64,000 nucleotides of DNA. It comes from Microthyrium microscopicum (Eukaryota). The notes under the pieces are model-generated. The model searched no databases, was not told where the DNA came from, and worked only from the letters and a program-made list of their open reading frames with translations. A program made the translations under genes and the position numbers. Below, piece by piece: positions 11,817 to 23,267 of this stretch. Location: positions 716,627 to 780,626 of the forward strand of contig MU004230.1 in assembly GCA_010405405.1 (NCBI GenBank). The letters are read 5' to 3'. Position 1 is the first letter of the stretch. Each line of letters begins with the position of its first letter.

Positions 11817-13082
11817 TCAATGGACCATTTGAGCTGTAATCTCCGGGTATCGTTCTTGGATCAATGAAGCCACTGCTTCGACTCTCTCCGCCAGACTCTC
11901 AATATTCTCGTCTCGTTTGGCCTGTTCTCGTCCAACAATGGCATCAACATGCCCAAGCTTCTTTTCTCCACTTCCCTCGCCTTCGAAGAATATGAGACCT
12001 TCAATCTGATCGATATAACCCGAGAGACGGCCTTGCTCTATCATCTGCGATGCGTAGATTTCAGCCTTGTCCTCATCGGTGTTTAAGAGTTTTGCAAGTT
12101 GTTTTGTGTAGATGTTGCGATAGAGTCGAGAAGCAGCTAGAAGATTGTGTTCCAGGACTGCTTTGTCCAGCACCGTCGAGCCATCGGATGTGCGAGCGAG
12201 CTGATGAGGTTGCAACTTCTGAGAGAATGCTTTAACTTCTTCCGGCGACAAGAGACGATTGAAGAAGATCTTTTCCATTATGCCATACTCCTCAACCAGT
12301 TTAGAGCGTTCGTCCTTGTAAATCTTGGCCAGTGCTGCAGCACGCTGAGGCCCGGCAGGCGCAAGAACCGCGCAGATGATCGACTGGCTTAGTGCTTGAA
12401 GGCGGTCATCCTCTTGGATGGCAGTCTCAAGACTGGTATCGTAGTATTTGGCGCTAGCTTCCAGGAAGCTTCGTTGAGAATCTAGGATGCGGGCCTGGCT
12501 AAGAAGAAAATGCAGTCGCGTATCACGATCTGTGACATCTAGAAGCACACCTTTGATACGGTTAATATAGGCGACAGCATTCTCCGGCTCATTTTCCTCC
12601 AGATAGCATCGAACGATTCGTAGCCAATGGGCAGCCTTGTCGTTGGCGGAATAGGATTGCTGAGCAGAATCCAGGTTAATGGTCTGTAGCACCTTTGCAG
12701 CACCACTAAAGTCTTCTTGTTCAATGAGGGCATCGGCCACTATTCGCTTGATACGCAAATCCTGCTCTTCGAAGCTTGCCACTCGTGGGGCAATCAAATC
12801 CAGAATGTGCTGGCCAGCCTCCGCTTTGGCATCGTTGGATTTGCATTGTGCGAAGCCGTCAACGAATGAAGTGAGAATAGGTCGTGATTGGAGTATGCTG
12901 AGCGCGTCGCCCAGAATAGATTCTGCGTATATCTTGAGGTTGGAGGTGAGGGCGGCATCGTCGGTAGGTGGTGAGGATAGTATCTGGTCTTGGAGCTTTC
13001 GATAACCGTCTAGTTTGGAGGGCGTGGAGGCGCTTCCGATTTGAGTGATAGCATTACGCACGTCGCCGGGTGTGAGTGCCAT
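11817..13082 (-). CDS. CSN4: COP9 signalosome subunit 4
   Basis: LAPAGPQR, LQPHQLARTSDGSTVLDKAVLEHNLLAASRLYRNI (PCI domain). Confidence 0.93.
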   Translation of the reverse strand: MALTPGDVRNAITQIGSASTPSKLDGYRKLQDQILSSPPTDDAALTSNLKIYAESILGDALSILQSRPILTSFVDGFAQCKSNDAKAEAGQHILDLIAPRVASFEEQDLRIKRIVADALIEQEDFSGAAKVLQTINLDSAQQSYSANDKAAHWLRIVRCYLEENEPENAVAYINRIKGVLLDVTDRDTRLHFLLSQARILDSQRSFLEASAKYYDTSLETAIQEDDRLQALSQSIICAVLAPAGPQRAAALAKIYKDERSKLVEEYGIMEKIFFNRLLSPEEVKAFSQKLQPHQLARTSDGSTVLDKAVLEHNLLAASRLYRNIYTKQLAKLLNTDEDKAEIYASQMIEQGRLSGYIDQIEGLIFFEGEGSGEKKLGHVDAIVGREQAKRDENIESLAERVEAVASLIQERYPEITAQMVH

Positions 13083-13495
13083 TGTAAAGAACTGAAAGGC
13101 GATGAGGATTCTTCAAGATTGCAAGCTGTAAATTATAATATAAATGGAGGCCTTGCTCTTGGACGACGAAAGATCAAAGCTGGTGGGGAGCGGAGCTTGA
13201 CGGCGCTAGCAGGGGTCTGCATGGGAGGCATGTATAAAATCTTATCTAATCGCCGATATACGATCTATGGAATGCGCGATCTCCGCATTCAAACAGTGAC
13301 AACCAACTTGAGTTACGTGCCAACCTTGACAGCTTCAACAACTACACCCCAATCCTCAACCGCCTTTCACTTTTCAGGACTGTTTGCTAGTTCACATGCT
13401 TGCTACAGTTGTCTTCGTAATCCTTTGACCACTCCCATATATACTCTATCTACACCTTACACCATCGCATTCTCCACTGCAGTCTACAAGTCGTC

Positions 13496-14657
13496 ATGTC
13501 GCAAAACGGGGTCAAGCATGAGGAAGACATCAAAGTGAAAACCGAGACCGAGTTCGACGACGAATTCGTGGATGATGACGACGATACGGGCGAGCTCGCG
13601 TTTCCCAAACCCACCGAGGCAGATCTGAAATACTGGCTAGTGCGTGTACCGCGAGACCTTTGGAGTGGATTGGAGGGGTTGGAAAAATATACAATGGATG
13701 AGCCTATACCATTGGGTGAGCTATGGGTTTGGCCGCAAGGGAACAAGAAGGATAAGGTATGCACAGCTTTGCTATGCTGCTCAATGCGCAAGTCAACTGA
13801 CTAAAGTACAGATGCGTTTGAACATTGACCACAAAACCCCTGGCTTCAGTATGATTCCCAAGGAATATGACATGGAAATGCTAGAGACCTCAGGCGGTCC
13901 ATCTGGTCCAAAGAATACCTTTATCTTTTCGGAAAAGCAGTCGGGAGATCGACCTGGCAGGCCGCACAAAGCACCCGTTAAGGGAGAGGATGCTTTGCAT
14001 AAGACAGAAGGCGGTCGTATAGAGAAACCACAGCCACGGGCTAGAACAATTCCCAGTATGTCTATCTCCCTTTAGCATGTCCCGGATCTTGGTCCTAACC
14101 GATCTCCAGAGCATACAGCCTTTGTCGCGAAGCCAAACGCTGAAGTTATCTGCAATCCGTGCGAGAACGATGAATACCGCAGAATAGAAGACGAAAAGGC
14201 TAGAATAATCAAAGCACAACAACAAGATCTCCAGGTTGAGGATATCAAAGAAGACGATCGATTCAATGCTAACGTCTCCGTTGCCTTTGGTAAAGCACAG
14301 AAGACGAAAGCACCAGAATTCAAATCTCAGCGCATCGAAGAGGCTCAGTTGCTGGATATGCTCTCTCGAAAGTTTGCGCAGTTCAAATATTGGCCGCTCA
14401 AAGCACTCAAGGAAGAAACTCGGCAACCAGAGGCTTATCTTCGTGAGGTTCTCAGCAAGATTGCCGTTCTGGTCAAGACTGGCCAAGCAGCCAACACTTG
14501 GACCCTCAAATCATCTGCGGCACTGGCTGTTAACTACAATGACGAAGATCTCGATCAACTGGAGGAGGACAGCAAGAATGCTATACAAGCAGACATTGCG
14601 CCTGATGCCCTGTCAGACGATGAGGACGATGATGATGATATGGAAGATGTGGTTTGA
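13496..14657 (+). CDS. TFG2: TFIIF beta subunit
   Basis: WLVRVPRDLW, IPKEYDM, NTFIFSEK, YWPLKALKEETRQPEAYLREVL; two introns. Confidence 0.9.
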
Positions 14658-17600
14658 AACATTTTGTGATTTCTCTTTCCATTTCTTGACACGATACCCT
14701 CACGGGGCTGCATTGCCTGGCGTTTTGGAACATACTGATAGCGCTCAAGTATAGCTTGTTTTCGATTAGGGAAATAATAGATTCACGATATTGAAGCTTC
14801 AATCGACGACGTGACTCGATGATAAGTAACGCAACCAATAACAACTATAGTCCACAGATCTAGCACCGGGAAGACCGAGCTGCTAATTCGATATAGACAC
14901 AAGTTCCCGTCTTGGTTAGAGATTAAAACTGGATATCATCCAGCCATCAAGTGTAGACTTCAATCTATGAATGTACTCAAATCGATGATTCATCGCGATC
15001 TCTTCAATCAAATCCAATGGTCCCAGCAACGCGCCAAAGTCCTTCTCAAAACCTCGGTATACAAAGTACAAAACACAACCTCCAGCCAGGGCATGGCTGC
15101 CAAACCTTCTAGAAGACACCAATAGCATTCCAGAAACGCCTCTTAACAGCAGCCGTTATTCTCCGAACGCAATATCTGTCAATTGTCACTTGTCAAACTG
15201 TCAATGCTGAACTCATCCTTCGGACAAAGTTTGACACTGGAGAAGGCGCCAGTCGGCAGTCAGACCGGTCGCGACGCGTGCGCTCTCGTTGCACCGGATT
15301 GGTTGCGTGTCTCATAGGATGTTCCTGGTGGTGGTTTCTCGCCGCGCGTGGCGAGGTAATATACTTTCTGCGCGCAGTCTGCTGAGAGAGCTTAGCAGAA
15401 GGCAGAGCTTTGACGAAGTCCCACGAGTCGCTGCTTTTGTGAATTGTAAACAAACCGGTTGGGAAGCTTCTCCGAGCATTCACTCAATCGATCGACGATT
15501 TCAAGCGCAGCGAATGCAAGGTTTCCATGCATCGTGTGTTCACATGGGAATTCGAATTGTTACTTTCCTTAAGCATGCGAATCGCGGCCTACCTTTGCTG
15601 GAGTGGAGCTTTCCGTGAAGCGTAAAGGGCTCTAATGTTGGGCAGCATAGCACGCGTCCTATACCCTCTTGCACTCAATCCCAGAATAGAATAGATGCTG
15701 AAGAAACACAAAGTCGCACGACATTCTTCACAGCGCTTACAGCCTCGCTCTTTCCTTTAGTGTTACCTTTGGGCACCCAATTGCTCTCGCATGTTCGAGT
15801 CGTCACACCGCCTTGCCAAATATCATCAGTCGCGGGGGCATCCAGTGGTTCGCCTCGCAAAAACATTATGCTGCGAACTGCCCTGGAAAACCAAACTACC
15901 CGGCAATCAACTGCGATATTACGAACCGCTAGCCTTGCACAAAACGTCGTCCTCATTTGTAAGGGGCCAATGTGTTCTGTCAACTGCGGCTGCAGATAGG
16001 AAACTGCAGATATGCTGCAAAAGCTCGGTGCAACATGGAGAACGGTACCGGGACACTGGTCTCGCACTTGCTGCCTAAAACGATATCGCGGGAAATAGGT
16101 TGGTGGGTAAGGTAGCCAGTTTTGTTGTTTTATGGTGTTTTCTTTGGGGTGTGGTTCGTGTGTTTTGCGTTGTTCTGCTTGACCGGTTCGTTCAAGGCGG
16201 TTTTTTTGTGGGTGCTTGGGAGTGGGTCGCGTGTTTCGAGCTGGACAGATGTGTGTCACGGCAATGCTGCAAAACGATGGGGTTCTATGGCACTGGGGTT
16301 CAGAAGATGCAGTGGAGGAGGACAGATGACGAACGTGAAGCACGGCATATTCAATGGCATTATATTTCGAGGCGAAGATTGAGCAGTTATCTGGAAAATC
16401 TAGAAAGCTAAAATACATTTCCTAACATCGGCTTCATGGCCGATCTTGCCCGATTTTCTATTGCAAGCTTCCTGCGGATCGAGTACCTTTTCAGATCATC
16501 AGCAGCGATAGAAAGCAAGATACAGAGGGATAGGACTAGCACAAAAAGCACGAGAACATGGAAGATGCTTGATGAGATTAGTCTAGGAATCCCTTCTTTC
16601 CTCATCGCATCTTCAAGTTTTCTCTCTCTTGAAGCTCTTGACGGGGCTTTTCCATCGTCCATGTCCATACGCCAGCAAGTTGGGCACTTTTGAACCCAAC
16701 GAGAGTACCGCGAGCTTGGAAACACTTATTCACACAGTCTGGAGCAGTTTATTTTGGCCAAGCGGGGGTCCAGGATCCACGGCTCTGCCTTCCCTGCTCG
16801 GCTCGTGGCACAAGCGGGCGGCCCATACCTTATATTGCCCTTTGCTGGCATTTTCCTGGTCGCGTTGAGCAGGGGGGCCATGATCCTCCACACAGCATCC
16901 ATGGTGAAGTTGGTAGCTTGAGACCAGGTTTCGCGTATGACACGGCCGGCTGCTAATTGACGACCATCTTCTCGCGTCTTCGTGACTTTGTTGTGATGAC
17001 ATGCCATTAGAGACATCACGATGCATGGCGGAGGGAGTTATTCACAGTCCGTGATGTTATACTGTCGAGTCGAGGTCGGGTTAAAGCTTGAGGACTGGCG
17101 ATTGGCGTGCGCCTCGCAAAAAGCCTCTCCCGCAGCCAATCGCCATGTGGCTTGAACGGGGCCGAGATCCATTCTGGTGGGGGGAACAGATGAGGGGACA
17201 AGTATATCCATTGGCCACGAGGTCTCTATTCTGAACGGATGTCGCAGAACCAAAGGTTCTTCGCAACGAGCAGCGCCGGTTGCGACCAAGAGGCGCGTTT
17301 CTGAGGCTGAGGTACCGGTACTTTTGGACGCCAAACCAAGGTATTCCTCCATCAGATACTGAAACACTCTCGTTGCCGAGCCGCTTCCTGCTGACCCAAC
17401 CGGATGTCATTCCTCGCTAGACTTGATGCCATTCGGTGAAATTCGTCTAATCAGAATTGCAGAAAATCGAGCCCGATAGCAATACCGTAAATGTTGAACG
17501 GACGAAACTGAGACCATTCCTCCTGGAGACTGCGTTCATGGCAACAATAATGGATACCATCAAGCGGTTTGGAAGCTGGGGCGCGAGTTGAGCTACCTCT

Positions 17601-19554
17601 AGCACGCTGCTCTATCTCTTCCACCGTCATTGCCATGCCGACATCTGCCTACGGACGCTATGCCCGTGACGGCTATCTCACAGCGGACCGGACAGGACTG
17701 CTTGCGCAGTTTCCCGTGCGGAAGCACTAAATTAGAAGTGTTTTTCTGGCAGGCGAGCAGCGGGCTGATGTGATATTTGCTCGTAGTGAGCAGTTGATCC
17801 AACCCCACTACTGTAGTACTTGACCCCAAGAAATGCCTATTTCGGTAGTGTGATTAGACTGCAGCTTTTGCAGCGTGCGCCGGGAAGAAAGGCAATCATT
17901 TCTTGATACAAAGATAGTGTGGACAGAAAATCGCGTTGCTCATGTTCGGAAGAACCAACCGTGGAGCCTAACTCACGCGAATGCTATGGAGCGGGACGGG
18001 CCAGCGGCCTGGAGCAGAAGCGGTACCAGAACGTTAGTTGGCATTGGCTAACTTCATATTTTTGTATTGCTACCCTCAGTACAAAGTTCAAGCTGATATC
18101 GGGTGAAAAGAACAATGGATTGAAGGAACCATGCCGCAATAGACGGTAGTGGGCCTCACTATTGTCAGATAGCATCTGTAAGACCTAGAACCAGTCAGCA
18201 GAGCCACACGGCTTTGACGAATCCGCAGTCCACGATATGAACATGTCGTCTGTTCCAGCGGCCTGGAACTGAGCTCGCCGACAGCGGAGACGTTTTACGA
18301 TAATATTGAACGTTTAAAGAGATCAGCAATTCAGCATGGCGTACTCCACCTCTCAGGGGCAGGTTTTGAGTGTTGATCAAAGTCAGCAAGTCAAAGTTCG
18401 CGATCCGTAAACTATGGCTTCTCGCAAGTTTTGCGCGAGCAACATTCCCAAGGCTAAACTAGAGCGTGGATAAAGCAGAGTTGACGAACGAACGTTTTGG
18501 GGGCAGACTTGGTGTGATGGAAGTGCAGCGGTCTACTGCATGTTCGAGAGTAGACGGATGAGTGATTGGACCAGAATGATAGAAAAATGCTCCCACGGCT
18601 CGGGGACCTTGGCAGAGCTTCCAATTCTGACAGACTTAGTGGACCCGCTATCCCACTACCCACACGTCCTGGTCAAAGTACAGACTGGGAAGCCTGCGCG
18701 AGCCCACATCTGACGAAGTTGTTGTTGATGGGTGGGTGTGGGTTCACCCAGCGTGGACTGGGCTCACGGCCGCAAAAGAGGCTTTGTATGAAGATATCAA
18801 GCCCAAAAAAGGGATTGGAAAAACACAGATGGAGTTGGAGATTGAAGGCTTTTCTGGAAACGTTGGTGGCCAGCTTTGGTAGGCAAGTATTGGCTTGGAC
18901 CTTGGTGAGCAAGGCGGTGAATGGAGAGAGAAGTTTTCAGTTGGTTTTTGAAGGTTTAGATTGAATGAAAATGTTGATACCTAACCTAACTCACATCTCA
19001 ACCAGCTTGCCAGCCTTACCAAGTTCTCCATACCATCCCCAAATAAATCCCAAGTCCCAATACGGTGCAGGCCCAGTGCTGTTGCTGCTCTAAACTCAAC
19101 CTTGCGGATTAAATCCATCCCAGAGTCCCACCCCTCCCATTATTACATGTCTAGTCTCCGGTACACTGGTATTGTATGCCAATAAACTATAGGCTCAGCT
19201 CCGCCTGTGTCTCCTCTTTTTGAACTCGCCTGATCCCACGTTTCTCACTCTTTTAACTCGGCCTTTTCTTCTATCATACACTTACTCAAAACTTCCTGCT
19301 TTCACCACCTTCCTACTCTCCAACTTCCAACTTGGCCTATCCCACCCCATATCAAGGATTCCCTTCCCACACTCAGAGATCCTCCCTGCCGCCAGTCTAA
19401 GCTTCTGCTTCTCCCAGCACCCTATCCCTACCTTGAGGAATTAATTGCTACAGCCTGCCTTATTACTCGGCCGAGGCTTCCGTAAAGGACTCTTCCTTGC
19501 TCTGGACTATCCGGCCTGTTGTGTCTCCGCTCCGCCGTCAGTGCCCGCCTCTCT

Positions 19555-19586
19555 TGCCAGTGTGCCAGTGTGCCAGTGTGCCAGTG
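19555..19586. repeat. (TGCCAGTG)x4 tandem repeat
   Basis: Visible directly upstream of the bZIP start codon. Confidence 0.85.
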
Positions 19587-19729
19587 CAGTCGCCAGTCGG
19601 TAGAGTTTGTTTGGACCTTGGATCTTGCATCTGTCTGGTCTTTGACCTTGGAATTTGGTTTTTGCTGCCCCACACCGCCATCTCGCCCGTGCCGCCTATA
19701 AGGCTCAACCAGGCCCCCTTCCAGTCAAT

Positions 19730-21770
19730 ATGACTTACAGCACTAACCATTTCGACCCTTCCCACCACCCTGCCGACCTGGAATCCAAGGCTGATCCCCA
19801 CGTCTTCGACGATTTCGAGATTGAACACACCATGCTTTCAGCAAGCTCCATGGAGCGCAAGGACTCGTACGCAACCACATCCTCAGCGTTCTTTTCACCA
19901 CAATCAACAACATGGGATGATCAATTTCCGATGCCTGCGTCTGCTGCTTCTAGCGCTCATCCAGACCGTCATCTCAGCATGTCAAGTCAAATGGGAGAGC
20001 CAACGATAGGAAGCAATAACCCATTTCTCCAACATCACAACGCTCACCATGCCTTTACCTGGTATGATCGAGGCGCAGAGTCAAAAACACCAATTCAAGC
20101 TGTCACCTACGACGCTTTCGGCACCGATTTTGACACGACTTCCACTGCAGCCTTTCAGCCACCCGTGTCTGCACCCTCGCCTTTTGGTGGCGTCCCCATG
20201 CTCAACAACGTGCAACCCGCAGCCATCATGCCGCCAACCGGCCGAGCACCACTTACGGCCTCACCTCCTCCTCAATCAAGCAAGGATTGGATGGCCTTGG
20301 CTGAACAAGACATGGACGGTGGCCGGCTGCCGAAGCGTATCCGTCAAAACTCACCGCCTCCACGATCTCTCACTCCTGGCTTTGCCCGTCGAGATGGTGT
20401 CCGGAAAAAGAATGCTCGCTTCGACATTCCTGAAGGACGAAATCTGGCCAACATCGATCGTTTGATACAGATGGCCCAAACAGAAGAGGACGTCAAGGAA
20501 CTCAAACAACAAAAGCGACTACTCAGGAACAGACAGGCCGCGTATGCTTCCCTCTGGATGATTTGGTTCTATCGCACCGGATTATCTTATTTGGTTCTTC
20601 CCTTCCATGCCTTACTAACTTGTGAATAGACTTGATTCCCGCCAGCGAAAGAAAAAGCATACCGAAGAGCTCGAGAAAGAGCAAAAGGGGTGGCACGAGC
20701 ACCGCACAGATTTGGAAAGCAAAACCTATGCGCTCGAAGAGGAACTTGCTGCAATGAGGCTGCATGCTGAAGAGCTCAGTGCTCAGGTCCATGCTTTGAC
20801 CCATGAAAAAGAGAGCATGGTTGAACACCATACCCTGGAGACTGGTGAATTGCGCAAGAGGATCTCGATTCTCACGGAACAACTTGAAAGCAGCCCAATC
20901 AGCTCAGCCTCCCAACCATCCACAGAGTTCAATGACTTTTCCGCCATCATGGACTCACTCGACGTGGATGACTGGTATGATGCTGACATTGTTGAGATGC
21001 CTTTGGACGACGAGATGGATATATCTCCATCAAAAGCACCATTACCATCTGCCAATACTACCACCCTGGTTGTTGGCAAACCAAGAAAAGATACAAAACT
21101 GGAGGATATGCAACCAATGGCCTCTGGTGGACTTCTCCTTATGCTCTTGCTTTATGGAGCTATTGTCGCTAGCAAGGGTACTGGGTCTGCGGCGCCTCCG
21201 ATGCCTGGAATGTCCGATGAGATGCGCGCTGAAGCAACCCTAATCGCCGATAACCTTTTGAAAGACAACAATATGCCATCCTCATCAATGAACATGGTTC
21301 AGGCCAGCTCTGCGGGGGTAGGCCCAACTCCATCCATGCCCGCTTGGATTCAACCAGACACTCCCTCGAAGAAGGCCAACTCGCTCAGCTTCAATATCGT
21401 ACATTCTCGAAATCAACCAGCATCTGGTATGGATGCTTTGGCATCCAAGATGCTTGTCCCGTCCAAAGCAGCTGAAGTTGAGAACGCCTTTGGTCTCACT
21501 GCCTCCCAATACAATTCCCTAACAGAACACGCTCCTCGACGCACGTTTTTAGAGGAAGACGACTCGCCACCACCAGATTCACGCCGCAAGACCGTTGCTG
21601 AGGCTCTACGCCAACGCCGACAAGAAGCTCAGAGCGGCTCCGTTGCAGATGTGTACACTCGTAGCCTACTCTGGGAGAGAATCCCAGACCATGTCCTACA
21701 AGACTTTCGACGCATGGTAGACGATACACGCGAAGCCGAAAAAAATGGAGACCACGATATTATGACATGA
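19730..21770 (+). CDS. bZIP transcription factor with a downstream transmembrane segment (LziP/CREB3-like architecture)
   Basis: KRLLRNRQAA|LDSRQRKKKHTEELE joined across intron 20542-20629; leucine zipper; hydrophobic GGLLLMLLLYGAIVAS. Confidence 0.9.
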
Positions 21771-23267
21771 CCTTTATCTTATCCACGACGCTTTCGACAC
21801 TCGAACTTGATGAATGAGATTTTACGAAATTTGCCTCACGCTAATGGATGTTAATGTTCATGACGATCAACACGAGAGCCCGATGTTTTTTCAGATTCAC
21901 GACTTTTTGCATTTATTAGGGAGGATTCTTAACTGTTCAACTTATATTCACGATAGCGCTTATTTTTGGAGCAGAGATTATTTGACTGCATTGCATGGCT
22001 GGAAGTTGCATAACTATATGGATGGATGGAAAGGCTTGGGGCAACACGACGCTCAATTGCAAGGAAATGGTGCGCTTCTAAACAGGATGCATATAGAAGT
22101 CGCAAGGGTTCTGGAAATGGAAGGGCTTTTTCGTTTGTCAGAGACGCCGCCCACGATCACCTTTCTGTACTTGATCTCTTCACGACCGCAACGATAGGCT
22201 CGATTCACGAATACAAAAAAGACTGCAACAACAAGAAACGACATCACGAATGGCTCTACCTCACTTCTACGCCTTCAAGAACACGAAGCTCCACTATCGA
22301 CCCGACGCTTTGTTCCGTTTCACACATTTGTTTCCTTGCTGTATTTCGAACCCATCGACACGCCCGCGGCAACTTTTCAACCACTCACGCTCCCTACATT
22401 GGTGCCACCGGCTTTTCCTATGTTATTGGGCGGAGAGAGATACTTGCTTGGTTAGCGGTTTTGCCTCCTTGTCTAACCTTCTGACTTTCTGGGCCGCAAA
22501 ACTTTTCTGAGCGACTATTTTGTGTTTTCTTGAGCCTCTTTTTTATCAGGTAGTAGCGCTACCTCTCAAGTTCATCGATAGGAAGAGCTCCCAAACTGAA
22601 CATATACTCAATTCATAGTAGTTACATATTACACAACAAATGATCAATTAACCTTCATTTCTCCCCACAATCATTGAAGTCATGATGAAGAAAAAAAAGT
22701 TGCTACCCAATGAACCGTGATGCAAGTGAAACCCTCTCCCTCGCTCAGCCTCTCGACAAATCGGGACCTGTTCCTGAACAACCGAACACCGTAACCTCAT
22801 CGCCCTGTGCATGAATACGCATCACATATTATTCACAGAAACCGTCGCCCTACATCGCTGTGCCCAAGAACACACAAAAGCAGTGCGAACCTATCTTGCC
22901 TTGTCTCTTCGCCTCTCCACTAAGTAAGCAACGAAAGTAACCCACCCATGCCATCAACGAGTCCCCAAACGGCCCGAATAGTAGACTTAGTCACCACCAC
23001 CACCCTCGATCCGACGGATGCATCGTTCCAGCATCACGTTCAGCCAGATCATGCATGCACCGTCCAGACTTTCTTGCTCCCTAGCACGCCATCCACATTC
23101 TTCAGCCTGCAGACCACCGTCGTTCAGCGCCGACAAGTTGACCACCGATGCCAGCGCAGTCCCACACCCATCCATCATGAATGTCTTCGCTGTAAAGAAA
23201 CGGTGCAAGAAACGTGCCAGGGCAAGCAAGTTAAAGCCCCGGTTCTTGTTGCGCGGGGGCCAACTCA

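Noticed and set aside
15675..16418. 247-aa minus-strand ORF
   Set aside because: No recognisable motifs or coding-like composition
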